NCBI GenBank assembly: GCA_963735035.1
Contig: CAVTJJ010000004.1
Location: 1,056,001 to 1,120,000 of the forward strand
DNA length: 64,000 bases
Direction of reading: 5' to 3'
DNA from: an uncultured candidate division Zixibacteria bacterium
GTDB taxonomy: Bacteria > Zixibacteria > MSB-5A5 > GN15 > FEB-12
In this document: one piece after another, positions 61,883 through 64,000 of the stretch
Position numbering within the stretch: the stretch's first letter is position 1
How the letters are laid out: the number at the start of each line of letters is the position of its first letter
Notes under the pieces: generated by a model
Told to the model about the DNA's origin: nothing
Database searches by the model: none
What the model saw: only the letters and a program-made list of their open reading frames with translations
Made by a program: the position numbers and the translations under genes

Positions 61883-62533
61883 TTACCTGAGGAACTCGAC
61901 CCAGAACATCCAGAAATGGGCCGCCGCCACAACAACGCAAAGCGATATTCGGGCCAGCTTCAGGCTGGCCCGATCTTTGAACGGGGTCACCGTCTCACCG
62001 TGCCACAATCGCAGGAAGTTGCGCGCATACACAACCAGCGAAGCTATCCACAGAACCGTCACAATCGGCGTCATGAGTGAGATGCTGAAGTCAAATCGGA
62101 TCATGTGAGCCCCCAGCAGCACGACTAGTGACGCGAAGGCCCATTTGCCGGTCAGATTCGACGGCAGGGTCAGGTTACGACGCGCTCGGATAAGAAGAGC
62201 GCCGCCGATCAGAATGAGAAGATCCCGGCCTATGACCAGAGCCGCCAGCCACCAGGGGAAGTCGCGGAAAAATATCAGACCGACTACCAGAAGGGCTGCA
62301 AAGAGTTTATCCGCTACCGGGTCGAGGGCGATGCCGATCGGGGTGACCTGCTTCATGCGCCGGGCCAGATATCCGTCCAGGCCGTCAGTGATGGCCGCCA
62401 GAATCACCAGTCCAATGGCTGCTCCCGTAGCCCAGTTCTCCGGTCGCCACAGCAGATAACATACGAACGGGGCAAGGGCCACCCTCGACAGGCTGAACAA
62501 ATTGGGCAAGTAGCGCAATTCTCGAAGGTTCAT
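61883..62533 (-). CDS. pgsA: CDP-alcohol phosphatidyltransferase (PgsA-like)
   Basis: LPNLFSLSR, TDGLDGYLARRMKQVT.IG..LDPVADK, IGRDLLI, GKW. Confidence 0.8.
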   Translation of the reverse strand: MNLRELRYLPNLFSLSRVALAPFVCYLLWRPENWATGAAIGLVILAAITDGLDGYLARRMKQVTPIGIALDPVADKLFAALLVVGLIFFRDFPWWLAALVIGRDLLILIGGALLIRARRNLTLPSNLTGKWAFASLVVLLGAHMIRFDFSISLMTPIVTVLWIASLVVYARNFLRLWHGETVTPFKDRASLKLARISLCVVVAAAHFWMFWVEFLR

Positions 62534-62699
62534 GTTCGGTTTTTCGGGTACGATCATTCTTCGGCTAACGTACAACTTCAAATGCTGTCGTGCAACTTGA
62601 TCAATCCCGTGCAGACACTTGCTGATGAATTGGCGAAAACAGATTCGGGCAGCCCGAATGTCCACAGGGATAGACAAACACGGCTGCCCGAATACCTTT

Positions 62700-62772
62700 T
62701 AGCGGTACGGGGAATCGAACCCCGGTTTGATGGCTGAGAACCATCCGTCCTAGGCCACTAGACGATACCGCC
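62700..62772 (-). tRNA. tRNA-Glu (anticodon CUC), CCA not encoded
   Basis: GGCGGTATCGTCTAGTGGCCTAGGACGGATGGTTCTCAGCCATCAAACCGGGGTTCGATTCCCCGTACCGCTA folds as a cloverleaf; anticodon stem GATGG/CCATC, loop TT-CTC-AG. Confidence 0.93.
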
Positions 62773-63345
62773 GATTCAATGCGCAATGCTAAAGGGTAGC
62801 ATCGGCCAACATGATCACACATTCCTCAAATACTGTCAAGCTAATTTAATGTATTGGCCCACAAGACGTTACGGCGACAATCTTAGGTAATACTATGACT
62901 GCTAAAGGCTTACTTGGGACTCTTTTTTCCACATTTTTTTTGATCCAGGTGGCAAATGTGAGACAACAAGACCTCCTATTGCATCGGCCATATTGGCGGT
63001 TGCGTGTGCCATTTAGGCTTATTTTCTGAATCTTCGGCTTAAGCTAATCTGGTCTATCCCAATGCGAGCAACAGGTTATGACGACCAACTCACACCCAAT
63101 CTGTTGCGTCGAATATCGGCGGACGCACCAAATGAGCACTGGTCGGGTTATTCAGATATGTGTGAACGGATCGCTGATACACGCCCAACACCGGATTACT
63201 GTGTGTCAGACCAAGAATTGGATTCCTGGTCGCAGTCAGGTCCCGCGTGTGGGAAAAGCGCCAGCAATCGCCCGGCCTTTTTAGTTTTCGCGCCGTCGGG
63301 CCGCCTCTATATTCCAATTCAGAACAAGCAGGCGATGGAGGATTG

Positions 63346-64000
63346 ATGCCGAAAAGCCGCACTACTCGCACCAGAACGCTACGTGAACTTACTGCCAAAG
63401 AGCTCGAATACACGGTCAGTTATGCGCCGGGGAAAAAGGCCGGCTCCGATGATTTCGAAGCGTGTGAAGATATTATCGGCCAACAGCGAGCTATCGACGC
63501 CATCCGGGTCGGTCTGGCCGTCCACAGCCGGGGCTACAACATTTTTGTCACCGGTGTCGCCGGTACCGGCCGTACGGCTACTATCAGCCTTCTGCTCAAA
63601 CAGCTCGAGCACGACGATCCGAGGTTGTCTGACGTTTGCTACGTCAACAATTTTCGCAAAGTCGACAATCCGCTGGTGTTGACTTTTCCGGCCGGTGACG
63701 GCAAGCACTTCAAGAAAGACATGGAGTACCTGATTCATTCACTCCGCAAGGTGGTCCCCAAAATATTCATGTCCGAGGATTATAAGGACCGTCAGAACCG
63801 GGTAATGCGCGAATTCGAGAATCGGCAGAAGGAGCTAATCGGGGTATTCGAAGGCCGGTTGAACGTGGCCGGGTTCGTGATGGTCCAGATTCAGGGCGCC
63901 AACTCGGTACGCAATGAGATTCACCCCTTGATTGACGGTGAACCGGTTTCGATCGAGCGGATCGAGCGTCTGACGAAAGAAGGGAAATTCGCCGAGGCGC
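63346..64000 (+). CDS. Lon-like (LonC/AAA_32-type) protease, 3'-truncated by window edge
   Basis: GGAGG RBS; my translation gives MPKSRTT...IIGQQRAIDAIRVGL...GYNIFVTGVAGTGRT...DVCYVNNF...P.G.G..FKKDM; not in the ORF track because it has no stop codon in the window. Confidence 0.85.
   Translation, partial: MPKSRTTRTRTLRELTAKELEYTVSYAPGKKAGSDDFEACEDIIGQQRAIDAIRVGLAVHSRGYNIFVTGVAGTGRTATISLLLKQLEHDDPRLSDVCYVNNFRKVDNPLVLTFPAGDGKHFKKDMEYLIHSLRKVVPKIFMSEDYKDRQNRVMREFENRQKELIGVFEGRLNVAGFVMVQIQGANSVRNEIHPLIDGEPVSIERIERLTKEGKFAEA

Noticed and set aside
62534..62700. tRNA-Glu as an island integration site
   Set aside because: No integrase was found and I saw no duplicated tRNA 3' end in the window; the downstream gene is a housekeeping pgsA-like gene.
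62994..63011. Possible sigma54 promoter (TGGCAC on the minus strand)
   Set aside because: The GG-to-GC spacing is off by one and the TTGC element is missing.

Overview
GC-rich bacterial chromosomal window. The secreted proteins with dockerin and YPNP(F/Y)-type C-terminal sorting tails suggest an FCB-group anaerobe, probably Zixibacteria-like (inference). Housekeeping genes: rarA, ruvX, mltG, kdsB, pyrG, rnd (frameshifted), a pgsA-like gene, tRNA-Glu(CUC) and a partial LonC-like protease. Also present: a degenerate kinase / sigma54 activator / GAF trio; a surface-polysaccharide cluster; a DRG-type GTPase; a 2.7-kaa Cys-rich repeat surface protein; two tandem paralogous ~900-aa secreted proteins; and a heterodimeric ABC exporter with an apparent uORF/terminator attenuator. 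The two strongest leads are (1) a larE-larB-larC nickel-pincer cofactor operon with no larA in the window, surrounded by a Tat-exported DUF362 protein, a membrane polyferredoxin, a lipoprotein and a Tat/Fe-S aldo-keto reductase, i.e. a candidate extracytoplasmic nickel-pincer redox system, and (2) an intact archaeal-type gatE-gatD operon in a bacterium. No CRISPR array, rRNA or transposase was seen. All family calls come from motif recognition by eye; no database search was run.
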